Assembly (NCBI GenBank): GCA_016744275.1
Contig: JADGEP010000001.1
Coordinates: forward strand, 1 to 50,111
Length of the DNA stretch: 50,111 nt
Source: Candidatus Krumholzibacteriia bacterium
Lineage (GTDB): Bacteria > Krumholzibacteriota > Krumholzibacteriia > LZORAL124-64-63
Direction: 5' to 3'
Positions within the stretch are counted from its first letter, which is position 1, and each line of letters starts with the position of its first letter. The position numbers were made by a program, and so were the translations under genes. Shown here in pieces: positions 34,003 to 43,062 of this stretch. The notes beneath the pieces were generated by a model. The model did no database searches. It saw nothing but the letters and a program-made list of their open reading frames with translations, and was not told the DNA's origin.

Positions 34003-35253
34003 ATGCCGGCCTCACGTCTTCCCGCAATATTTCTGACCGTTCTGGCAACATGTGTGATCGTGACTGCGGCGGCCTCCGCCGGTGAGGTTGTCCAGGTTGA
34101 TGGCCAAACCGTGGTCCGCAATCAGGAACCCGCACAGCCCAGGCTCGAGTTGGAATTGGAAGAACTGTGGCGACGCGGTGGCCAGGACGACGACGTGATG
34201 ATCGGCCTGCCCGTCGAAGCGGTGGCCGACGAAGAAGGCCGCGTTTATCTGGCCGATCAACAGCTTTGCCAGGTTCATGTTTTTAACGCCGCGGGTGAAG
34301 CCGTCAAGACCCTCAGCCGCGAAGGTGACGGCCCCGGCGAAGTGCGCGGCCCGGTCGACCTGGTGCGCCTACCGGACGGCACTTTTGGGTTGTCCGAATT
34401 TTTCCCGGGCAAGATCACGAAGGTCACTTTTGACGACCTTCCCGCCGGTGAAATCAATGTCGATGTGAGCGGTGGCCAAACCGGTGGCTTCACCATGCAA
34501 ACGATGGCCGCCTCCGCTGGCGACCACCTTCTCATTGCCGGATCGCGCTCACTGCCCCAGGAGAAATTCACCGAGCGCACCCACTTCCTGGCCGCCATCG
34601 ACCAGGACGGCAAACAGACCGTGCGCTACATGGAACAGGTGTCGCGCATTCAGCGACCTCACAGTGTGGTTCATGAAAATGACTTCCTACCCAGTTTTCC
34701 TTTGGCCAGCGCCTTGGGCCCCGATGGGCGCGTGTACACTCCGCGTGATCGCGAGAACTACGCCATCAATGTCTTTCTACCCGACGGCACCCTGGATCGC
34801 GTGATCGAACGGCCATCATTCGAAACCTGGAAGCGCAACAAGTTGGACACCCAGCGGGTGCGCACTCTTTTCGAATCCTGGGCGGGAGCAAATCCCGACA
34901 CCTGGCCCCGGTTTGACCTGAAAAAAACCGAGCGCGCCATCAACACCCTGCATGTCGACGGCCAAGGCCGGCTGTGGGTGCAACACAGCCGCAGCAACCG
35001 CAACCTGCCCGAAGGCAACTTTCTCAGTCTCGACCTTTACGATGCCGACGGGCATTGGCAGCGTGAGGTGCGGTTCGTATGTGAAGGCAGTTCGATCAGT
35101 GACGGGGTCCGTTTTCTGGGCGACGGCCGGATATTGCTGATCAAGGGGTTTGTTGTGGCGCGCCTGGCTTGCCTCGGTTCGGGCAATGCGACTCTGGGTG
35201 AGGACGATACCGAGACCATCGAAGTGATTTGCTATCGGTTGCCCTCGATCTAG
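34003..35253 (+). CDS. Secreted beta-propeller repeat protein (NHL / 6-bladed-like)
   Basis: ATG 34003 preceded by AGGAGA. Signal peptide MPASRLPAIFLTVLATCVIVTAAASA. Repeated strands such as RVYLADQQLCQVHVFNAAGE, GRVYTPRDRENYAINVFLPDG and GRLWVQHS. Confidence 0.55.
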   Translation: MPASRLPAIFLTVLATCVIVTAAASAGEVVQVDGQTVVRNQEPAQPRLELELEELWRRGGQDDDVMIGLPVEAVADEEGRVYLADQQLCQVHVFNAAGEAVKTLSREGDGPGEVRGPVDLVRLPDGTFGLSEFFPGKITKVTFDDLPAGEINVDVSGGQTGGFTMQTMAASAGDHLLIAGSRSLPQEKFTERTHFLAAIDQDGKQTVRYMEQVSRIQRPHSVVHENDFLPSFPLASALGPDGRVYTPRDRENYAINVFLPDGTLDRVIERPSFETWKRNKLDTQRVRTLFESWAGANPDTWPRFDLKKTERAINTLHVDGQGRLWVQHSRSNRNLPEGNFLSLDLYDADGHWQREVRFVCEGSSISDGVRFLGDGRILLIKGFVVARLACLGSGNATLGEDDTETIEVICYRLPSI

Positions 35254-35366
35254 AGGTCTATATTTATTCGTTGCACTGCAACGCTTTATAACGTTTTCGT
35301 AAACCCGTTGCCCATTCGGTCAATACGCCCTACCCTCCCCGAAGACCACACACCCGAAAGGCCTTC

Positions 35367-36854
35367 ATGGCGATCCGCATATCAAAATCCAAATATCTCA
35401 ATGGCCTGCAGTGTCCGAAACTGCTGTGGACCCAGTTCAACCAACGCGATTTGATTCCCGAGCCCGGTGCCGGCCAGATGCACATCTTCAACACCGGCCA
35501 CGAAATCGGCGACCTGGCCAAGCTGCTCTATCCCGATGGCATCGAAGTGCCCATGAATTACGAAGACCTTGCGGCCACCGACCACGAGACGGCGGTGCTG
35601 TTGAATTGCCCCAGCGCCGACCGCGTGCCCATTTTTGAAGCCAGTGTGCTGATCGACAACCGCTACTGCCGGGTTGATGTCCTGGTGCCCGTGCCCGACG
35701 AAACCGGTGAAGAGCCCAACCGCTGGGACCTCGTCGAAGTGAAATCGTCGACCCGGGTGCGGGACGTCAATATCAACGACGTCGCCTTTCAGTACGACGC
35801 CCTGACCCGCGCCGGCATCGTATTGCGCACGCTCTCTCTCATGCACGTCAACACGGGTTATGTGCGGGGCGAAGAGTTCGACGTGAAGCAATTTTTCCAC
35901 CTCGAAGACATCACCGATCGCGTTCACAATGTGCTTGAGTACGTGCCGCGCACGGTCAACAAAATGCTCAACGTCATCACCGGACCAGACCCGGACACGC
36001 CCATCGGCAAGCGCTGCACTTCACCCTACACTTGCCCGCTGATTTCTCAATGCTGGTCCGTCTTGCCGGACAACAATGTCACCGATCTCTACTTCAGTGG
36101 TGGACGCGCCTTTGGCTACCTCGACGAGGGCCTGTTCAGCATCGCCGATGTGCCCGATGAGCGTTTGACCCATCAACAAAAAATCCAGAAAAAGGCCATC
36201 ATCGCCAACGCGCCCCACACCAACGCCAAGCAGCTGCACAACTGGCTGGGTGAGCTTGCCTATCCGGTCTACCACCTGGACTTTGAAACCATGAACCCGG
36301 CCTTGCCGCCCTTCCCCGGCGTGCGGCCTTATCAGCGCATTCCTTTTCAGTTTTCGCTGCACATCCAGGACAGTCCCGGCGACGAACCGCGGCACGTCGC
36401 TTTCCTCGCGCGGGAAGCCAGTGACCCCCGGGCCGCCCTGGTCGAAGCCTTGCACGCCATCGGCGACGAAGGATCCATCCTGGCCTGGGCCATGGGTTTT
36501 GAAAAAGGCGTGCTCAACGACATGGCCGAATTGTTCCCCGCCGAGGCCGAGTGGTTGGCCGGGCTGACCGAACGCATGGTCGACCTGATGGTGCCCTTCC
36601 GCAGTTTTTGGTACCACCATCCCGACCAAAAAGGCAGCTGCTCGCTGAAGGCGGTGCTGCCCGCCATTACCAATTTGAGCTATTCAGAACTGGAAATTGC
36701 CGACGGGAACCACGCCTCGCGCGCCTATGCCGAAGTGGTCTACGGGCAAGCGGATGAGAAGACCAAACAGGCCGTCCTGGACCAGTTGTTGGCCTATTGC
36801 GAGCTCGATACCTTTGCCATGGTGGAAATATTGCGCGCGCTGCAAACTGTCTGA
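35367..36854 (+). CDS. DUF2779-family protein: N-terminal PD-(D/E)xK (RecB/Cas4-like) nuclease fold with Cys cluster plus C-terminal DUF2779 region
   Basis: ISKSKYLNGLQCPKLLW N-terminus. RVDVLVP...WDLVEVKSS (D...ExK). CTSPYTCPLISQC. YHLDFET in the C-terminal half. Confidence 0.7.
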   Translation: MAIRISKSKYLNGLQCPKLLWTQFNQRDLIPEPGAGQMHIFNTGHEIGDLAKLLYPDGIEVPMNYEDLAATDHETAVLLNCPSADRVPIFEASVLIDNRYCRVDVLVPVPDETGEEPNRWDLVEVKSSTRVRDVNINDVAFQYDALTRAGIVLRTLSLMHVNTGYVRGEEFDVKQFFHLEDITDRVHNVLEYVPRTVNKMLNVITGPDPDTPIGKRCTSPYTCPLISQCWSVLPDNNVTDLYFSGGRAFGYLDEGLFSIADVPDERLTHQQKIQKKAIIANAPHTNAKQLHNWLGELAYPVYHLDFETMNPALPPFPGVRPYQRIPFQFSLHIQDSPGDEPRHVAFLAREASDPRAALVEALHAIGDEGSILAWAMGFEKGVLNDMAELFPAEAEWLAGLTERMVDLMVPFRSFWYHHPDQKGSCSLKAVLPAITNLSYSELEIADGNHASRAYAEVVYGQADEKTKQAVLDQLLAYCELDTFAMVEILRALQTV

Positions 36855-36871
36855 CGGGTGTCAGGCACCCG
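36855..36871. terminator. Short hairpin between convergent genes
   Basis: cgggtg-tcagg-cacccg (6-bp stem). There is no clear U-tract. Confidence 0.25.
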
Positions 36872-36872
36872 A

Positions 36873-37229
36873 CTATTCATTCTCGCTTTTTCGCTTGAGC
36901 AGTAGAAAAACCTCGCGAAAAGCGGCCACCACGCCCAAAAGCATGCCGACCACAGCGCCCCACGGTGTGATGTCGGCGAACTTCTCAACCAAGCGGCCCA
37001 AAAAATACCCGACCACCGGACCGGCCACCATCAGGCTTGGAATCAGGGTGTAGGTGCCAATATCCTTGGCCGTTTTGCCTAGCTTTTGGTTCAGGCGGCT
37101 ATCCGGACCGGTGCCATCGGCGTTCATTTCCGCCTTTTCGGCCTTCATCCGCGAACGCAGCTTGCGCACCCGCTCCAGATCCGGGGCTTGGGGGTAGACC
37201 TCAAGCTCGTCATTCTCTCCGTCAGTCAA
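36873..37229 (-). CDS. AtpZ/AtpI-like small membrane protein
   Basis: Two C-terminal TM helices, IGTYTLIPSLMVAGPVVGYFLGRLV and PWGAVVGMLLGVVAAF. TTG 37229 sits 5 nt after AGGAGG. No ATP synthase genes are adjacent. Confidence 0.5.
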   Translation of the reverse strand: MTDGENDELEVYPQAPDLERVRKLRSRMKAEKAEMNADGTGPDSRLNQKLGKTAKDIGTYTLIPSLMVAGPVVGYFLGRLVEKFADITPWGAVVGMLLGVVAAFREVFLLLKRKSENE

Positions 37230-37374
37230 AACGTCCTCCTGTAGGGTTGAGTGCCCCAAAGTAACACTTGCCGGCTTTCTGGTTAAGCGCTTTCGAAATC
37301 TGCCGAAAATTGGGCCGATGGCTCCTGATGTATAAGGCCATCTCATTTTGGTATTCAGCAAAGGATATTCGGGG

Positions 37375-39312
37375 ATGTCACCCAACCTGATCAAGGACGA
37401 TGCGATTTGCGACCTGCACGGCCAGCCCCTGCACCCCAAATCGGCGACGCTGCTCAAGGCCCTCGACAAACTGTTGACCGTCGGCGCGTACTATTCGCCC
37501 GAACACGGACAATACCTGCAGGCAGCCATGAAGGCCCGGGATGAAATTGTGGGTGTCATTGGCGCCACCAATCATCATGTCGCCATCGAGATCACCGCTC
37601 AGGGCCTGATGGTGGGCAAACAGAACATCGATCCGCACCACCGCAATGTGCGGCTGCTGCACGATCTGTTGGTGCCCTTGAATATCGCCAAGTTGGAAAT
37701 CGACGGCACCCTCAGTCCCGAAGACTTGCGCCAGGCTCTCGCCGCACTGCAAGAACACAAACAATCCCTCGGCCAATCGAATTCTTTCCAGGAAGTGGTC
37801 ATCCACAACCTGCCCCCTTCGGTGCGGGCCGTCAGCTGCACGGTATTGCACAAGGCCGATGACGCGACCGGCGACCTTTCTCTGGACGACCTGCTCGGCC
37901 AATGGGGCACCGAAGACGAAGCCGAAACCGGCCCTGTGGCCGAAACCCAATCCGAACTTCTGGCTCAGGAATTCATGGACATGGTGGCCAAGATTCTGGA
38001 GAACCTCGAAGAGCTGGAACGTGAATTGGGCGTGCGTCCGCAGAATGAAAAAGACGGGTCCTACGTGACCCAGGCTGAACTGACCAACCTCAAGATCGCC
38101 TTGCAACGCCTGGTCGAAGTGAACCCGGATCCTGCGGACCTCGCCCAGCTCATCGCTCAGGCCCAGCGGGCCCTCGACCTGAGCCGCGACTCCCAATCGG
38201 TCAATCTCGTGTTTCAGATCCTGAAGAAGGACATGTCCAAAGAGAAAGACCCAAAAACAGAAAAGAAACCGCGCCCGCAAGCACCGGTCTCCTACAAGAT
38301 GACCGTTGAACAGCTGTTGGGCACAGTGACAGAGCTTGAAAAATTGAAGGCCCCCGTGGCCGAACCCGTGGCCGGATCCAAGGCCAACCAATTGGGCGTC
38401 AGTTTGCACTTGCTGCGCTCCGATCCGCCACGAGCGCTGCGCACCACCATGGTCGACCTCGTGCACGAGGCCCTTGGCGAAACCGAATTTGCCGCCATCA
38501 ACCTCGAGATCTGCGCCCAGGCCGCTCACACCATTGCCAGTGAAGATGGGGTCGAAAGTATTGATGACATCCTGCCCGTGCTGACCGGTGCCGTGCGGCA
38601 ACGGAGGCCAGAACTGGTCGCCTCTTTCTGGACCCACCTGCTGAAGTTTTCGGCGGACAAACACCTGCCGGAACTGTGGCCCCACCTGGTGAACGATATT
38701 TTACTGGGGTTGGATAAAGCCTCACGGGAGTTGGTCTTGCCGCTGGTCGTAGCCGCTGGCAGCATTTCCCTGAAGGACGCCAAGAGACAGGGCCGGCGCC
38801 TGGAAAAACAACCCGCATTACAATCGCGCCCCAACTCGCGCGACCTCTTCCTGGCGCCGTTGCCCAGCACCTACAATGTGTTGGTTCCCCTGGCCGATTC
38901 TCCCCTGCGCGACTGGCTCGGCGCCGAGCTGTTTCGGGTGCTGCGGACCCATCCGGGCTCGCCCCTGGTCGAAGTCGTGATGACCGCCCTGGCCGAACAC
39001 GAACCTCACAATACCGGCTTCTATCTGGACCTGATTCGTTATGGAACCGCCAAAGAACGGCCGTCCGATTTTCAACAGCAGGTTGCCAGCCTGCTGCAAG
39101 CCGCCCTGGCCACAGTCAGCGGCGACGCCCGCAAAGAACGGTGGGTAACACTCGGCCTGATCGAGCTGGCAAAGTTGGCCCCCGACCTGGCCGCCCCCTT
39201 GTGCGAGATGGTGGTTGCCGAACGCAAGCTCATCTTCTTCAAAGCCTGGCCCCCGGAACCCCGACAGGCCGCCATCAAAGCCCTGGCCCACATCACCGCG
39301 GAGGTCAAGTGA
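37375..39312 (+). CDS. Large (645 aa) uncharacterised protein, module 1 partner A: N-terminal domain shared with HD-GYP partner, helical/HEAT-like C-terminus
   Basis: No catalytic motif recognised. N-terminus LLKALDKLLTVGAYYSPEHGQY. C-terminal HEAT-like WVTLGLIELAKLAPDLAAPLCEMVVAERKLIFFKAWPPEPRQAAIKALAHI. Collinear with 41011-43062. Confidence 0.7.
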   Translation: MSPNLIKDDAICDLHGQPLHPKSATLLKALDKLLTVGAYYSPEHGQYLQAAMKARDEIVGVIGATNHHVAIEITAQGLMVGKQNIDPHHRNVRLLHDLLVPLNIAKLEIDGTLSPEDLRQALAALQEHKQSLGQSNSFQEVVIHNLPPSVRAVSCTVLHKADDATGDLSLDDLLGQWGTEDEAETGPVAETQSELLAQEFMDMVAKILENLEELERELGVRPQNEKDGSYVTQAELTNLKIALQRLVEVNPDPADLAQLIAQAQRALDLSRDSQSVNLVFQILKKDMSKEKDPKTEKKPRPQAPVSYKMTVEQLLGTVTELEKLKAPVAEPVAGSKANQLGVSLHLLRSDPPRALRTTMVDLVHEALGETEFAAINLEICAQAAHTIASEDGVESIDDILPVLTGAVRQRRPELVASFWTHLLKFSADKHLPELWPHLVNDILLGLDKASRELVLPLVVAAGSISLKDAKRQGRRLEKQPALQSRPNSRDLFLAPLPSTYNVLVPLADSPLRDWLGAELFRVLRTHPGSPLVEVVMTALAEHEPHNTGFYLDLIRYGTAKERPSDFQQQVASLLQAALATVSGDARKERWVTLGLIELAKLAPDLAAPLCEMVVAERKLIFFKAWPPEPRQAAIKALAHITAEVK

Positions 39313-39313
39313 C

Positions 39314-40747
39314 ATGGAACAGCAGTTCAGCGATCTGATCATCCTTTTGGCCAGCGGCATCAACCAACGCCGGATGTATTTCGACAATCACCCCAAAGTG
39401 CGCAGCATCAGCGCCGAATTTGTCGGCACGTTGAAGCCGATGCTCGAGAGCGGCGTGCAGAACGAGTTCACTTTTGGCGTCCACGGCAGCAAGTTCATCC
39501 GCGAGGGCAAGTTTCTCGTCGGGCCGTCGATTGCCGGCCGATCATTGATCGAGTTCGCCGACCGCCTGGGCTGCGGTGGGTTTGTTTTCCGCCTGCCCTT
39601 GACTCGCAACGACGTCATCAATTTTTTCAGTCTCGGCGCCGCCACCAAGGAAGAACTCGAAGACCTCACGGCCGCCCGTAAACTGTTCGCCGAATCCGGT
39701 CTGGGACACATCGAGCTCGCCTCGCCGTTCACCGCCGAAGGTGATGAAGGAAGTGGCGGCGGCGACGGGGCAGATTCCGCGGTTCAAGAGGGCGTCGAGA
39801 TGGATTTCATGGCGGCCGATTTTGCGCCACTGCTGCAGGTCTACCAGGCTCTCTACGAAACCGTGGCCACCAACAACCTGGCACTCAACGGCGACAACCG
39901 CATTGACCTTGATGAAGCCCGAGCACGCGGTGCCGAATTGGTCGCCGTGTCTGACCAGGGCGCGCTGGATGTCATGCAGTTCATGCGCTACCCCGACTTC
40001 GACAGTTACACCATCGGGCACTCGGTTCGCGTCGCGGCTCTGGGCGCCTTGCTCGCCCGCGAGTTGGGCTGGTCCCATGAATTGCAAAACGAAATCGCCA
40101 CCGCCGGACTCCTGCACGATCTCGGCAAGGGCAAAGTGCCGGATGAAATTCTCTTCAAGCCCGGACGCCTCAACGATGATGAAAGAAGTGTCATGGAGAC
40201 CCACCCAGTCCTCGGTGCGCGGGTCCTGTTGGCCAACGGAGAAACCAGCCCGATCGTTCTTTCAGCGGCGTGGGGCCACCACCTGCGCGAAGATGGGCGG
40301 GGCTATCCGGTGATGCCGGAGTGGTTCACCCGCAGCTCGGCCGCGGCCCTGATTCATGTCTGCGATGTCTTCGAAGCCCTGACGGCGGCCCGCCCCTACA
40401 AGCGCCCCATGGACCCCCGGCGAGCCTACGAAATCATGGTGGCCGACAAGGGCGCATTTCATCCCGCCATGTTGGCCGCTTTGGTTCGGGCTCTCGGACT
40501 TTATCCTCCCGGCAGCGAAGTTCTGCTCTCGGATCAACGACGGGCCGTGGTGGTGGCCAAAGGCGAATTGCCGGAACGTCCGCAGGTTCGGGTGACCCAC
40601 GACGCGGAAGGGTTTCCCTTGTCCCGATCCGAGCAACCGGCCATCAACTTGTCGGGATCAAGCGACCTTGAGGTTATTGAGTTCGTCAGCGTTGGCGTTG
40701 AGCAACTTGGTGAGGCTGAAACGGAAGGCGTGATACAAAACGCCTAA
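39314..40747 (+). CDS. HD-GYP domain protein (class II cyclic-dinucleotide phosphodiesterase family), module 1 partner B
   Basis: ATG lies 1 nt after the upstream stop, with GGAGG upstream. HD-GYP motifs TIGHSVRV, LLHDLGKGKVP, ETHPVLG, GHHLREDGRGYP and CDVFEALTAARPYK. Confidence 0.85.
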   Translation: MEQQFSDLIILLASGINQRRMYFDNHPKVRSISAEFVGTLKPMLESGVQNEFTFGVHGSKFIREGKFLVGPSIAGRSLIEFADRLGCGGFVFRLPLTRNDVINFFSLGAATKEELEDLTAARKLFAESGLGHIELASPFTAEGDEGSGGGDGADSAVQEGVEMDFMAADFAPLLQVYQALYETVATNNLALNGDNRIDLDEARARGAELVAVSDQGALDVMQFMRYPDFDSYTIGHSVRVAALGALLARELGWSHELQNEIATAGLLHDLGKGKVPDEILFKPGRLNDDERSVMETHPVLGARVLLANGETSPIVLSAAWGHHLREDGRGYPVMPEWFTRSSAAALIHVCDVFEALTAARPYKRPMDPRRAYEIMVADKGAFHPAMLAALVRALGLYPPGSEVLLSDQRRAVVVAKGELPERPQVRVTHDAEGFPLSRSEQPAINLSGSSDLEVIEFVSVGVEQLGEAETEGVIQNA

Positions 40748-41010
40748 ATTGTTGTAAAACAAGAAATTACCATTATCGAATACTGTATACCAGTATTGTG
40801 TGTAATATACCACAGAGCCTTGTAACAAAAAACCACACAGTACCTCAATGGGGAATAACCCCCACTCTTTTAAACAATTCTTTATTTGATGTCAGAAAAT
40901 CGGATCTCAAAACCCCTGAGAAACAAACCAATTAGCTCAAATATATCTCAAAAGTGACCCGGAACGGTCGAAATTAGAGACAGGGATATTCTATGGAGAG
41001 GAGGGTCACT

Positions 41011-43062
41011 ATGTCTGAATCACTATCTAAAACAGATCAGGAAGAGGCGCACGCGGGGCCCGAATTGGGATCTGATTTGACCGATGCGCCGCAGGAATCG
41101 CCAGCCGTGGATTCGCCTCCACTGGCAGCGGAACACGAACAACTTCTCATCGCTCTGGACCGCATGTTGACGACCGGCAGCTACTACCCGCCCGGACACG
41201 CCCAATACGTAGCCGTCGCCGACCAGTGTGCCGATGCCGTAGCCGGAGCCCTGCACGGCCTGGCCTGCGTCGAGATTGAAGTCACCACCGAAGGCCTGGC
41301 CGTAGGTGGTGGAGTCGCCGAAAAAAGCAATCGCTGCGCCCAGCGTTTGTACGAATTGCTCGAGCCCCTGAATCAGGCTCTGCTCGAAATCCATGCCGAT
41401 GTCACCACCGAAGATTTGCACGAAGCGCTGTCAGTGCTCAAGCACAACCACAAGCAATTGGCCGGCACCCGCGACTACCAGGAAATCGAAATCGAAGGCA
41501 TGCCCCAGACCGTGTCGGTCACCGGGCGCAGCCTCTACGTGCGCACCAAAACCGGCAACGGTCCCGAGCAAACTTCGAGTCCTTTGAACGAATACTTCGA
41601 CCCCAATACGATTCCGGATGCGGCCCTGGTGCCCACCCCGGAAGGCCAAATGATGGAGCGTGAATTCCTCGCCGTCATTCAGGGCCTGATGAAGGCGGGC
41701 AACGCCGCCCACCTGGATGCTCTGCGCGATGCCGGCGACACGCCGGTGGCCGAGATCCTCGGCACCTGGGTGCCGGATTTTGCCATCAAGTCGATCAAGG
41801 ATATGCTCAATGCTCTGGAAGAGACCAATTCTGATGCTTCGATGTTGCATCACCTGGTCGGACATGCCCAAACAGCCCTGCAACTGACGGGCGACCCGCT
41901 TCTGGTCGAGCTGATCTTTGAAAAGCTGCGCAAGGAAAACAAAGCCAGCAAGAAGTCTCAGCCCTTGTTGGAAAAACGCCCCAAACCCGTCCGCAAAGCC
42001 ACCACCTTCACCCTCTCACGGGCCGAATTGCGTTCCCTGATTGATGACGTTTACACCGAGGCCGATACCCTCGAGCCCCTTGAAGACATTGTCGCCCCGG
42101 CCCGCGCCGATGCCATCGGCATCTGCCTGCAGGTTCTGAACGTGGCCCCTTCCGACGAGTTGTCCGCCGGCATCACCACCTCCCTGGAAGTGATGCTGTC
42201 CTCCGAACACCTGAATGAGGTCGATCTGCAGGTGGCCGTCGACGCCTTGATCGATGTCTTCAAATACGACAAGCTCGAAACGGCCGAAGCCATGGTCTCC
42301 ATGGTCTGCCCACCGCTGCGGCACGCTCACCGCGCCAAGTTGGGTCCTTTGTGGCTCAACGTGTGGAACGGATTGGCAAGTGCCCAGCAATACGAGCGGG
42401 CCTGGCCCTTCGTGGTCAACGAACTGCTGATGGGCATGTGGTGGGAAGACCCGCGCGAAAAAATCGCGCTCTACAACGCACTCAGTTCCGTCCATGTGGC
42501 CGACCGCACCGACCTGCTCATCAGGTTGGAAAACCTGCCCGCACTCAAGGAAAAGATCCTGGCCAAAGAGCTGTTCCACGTGCCGGCGCCGCTGCTCTAT
42601 GGCGTCCACCAGTTGTTGATGATGTCGTCGCTGACCGATCTGCACGGGCCCTTGATGCACCAGCGCCTCGAGTATCAGAAGGCCCACCCGCTGGCGACCA
42701 TTCTCATGAACGGTTTTGCCGAATACAACCACGCCCACCGGCAGGCCTATCAAGCGATCCTGATCCAGGGAGTGTCTGAAAAGATCGCCCCCGAGATGCA
42801 GGACGTCGCCACCCGGCACCTGAAAGGGACCTTGAATCGGCTGCCAGCCGAACGTCGGGAAGAACCCTGGGTCACGGAAGCCATTCGTTGGCTGGGAAAA
42901 TTGGGCACGGCCAAGACGCGGCCGGTGCTGAAGAAAATCGTCTCTGATAAAAAATTTCTGCTGTTCCCGGAATGGCCTGCGGCCTGCCGGAATGCTGCCA
43001 GCGACGCCCTCGCTGGAGTGAACACGTCCGATGAGAGGGATCGCCATGATTTCCACAGATAG
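41011..43062 (+). CDS. Large (683 aa) uncharacterised protein, module 2 partner A (paralogue of 37375-39312)
   Basis: ATG 41011 preceded by GGAGAGGAGGG. LLIALDRMLTTGSYYPPGHAQY. AWPFVVNELLMGM matches LWPHLVNDILLGL in the paralogue. C-terminal HEAT-like WVTEAIRWLGKLGTAKTRPVLKKIV...ACRNAASDALAGV. Confidence 0.7.
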   Translation: MSESLSKTDQEEAHAGPELGSDLTDAPQESPAVDSPPLAAEHEQLLIALDRMLTTGSYYPPGHAQYVAVADQCADAVAGALHGLACVEIEVTTEGLAVGGGVAEKSNRCAQRLYELLEPLNQALLEIHADVTTEDLHEALSVLKHNHKQLAGTRDYQEIEIEGMPQTVSVTGRSLYVRTKTGNGPEQTSSPLNEYFDPNTIPDAALVPTPEGQMMEREFLAVIQGLMKAGNAAHLDALRDAGDTPVAEILGTWVPDFAIKSIKDMLNALEETNSDASMLHHLVGHAQTALQLTGDPLLVELIFEKLRKENKASKKSQPLLEKRPKPVRKATTFTLSRAELRSLIDDVYTEADTLEPLEDIVAPARADAIGICLQVLNVAPSDELSAGITTSLEVMLSSEHLNEVDLQVAVDALIDVFKYDKLETAEAMVSMVCPPLRHAHRAKLGPLWLNVWNGLASAQQYERAWPFVVNELLMGMWWEDPREKIALYNALSSVHVADRTDLLIRLENLPALKEKILAKELFHVPAPLLYGVHQLLMMSSLTDLHGPLMHQRLEYQKAHPLATILMNGFAEYNHAHRQAYQAILIQGVSEKIAPEMQDVATRHLKGTLNRLPAERREEPWVTEAIRWLGKLGTAKTRPVLKKIVSDKKFLLFPEWPAACRNAASDALAGVNTSDERDRHDFHR

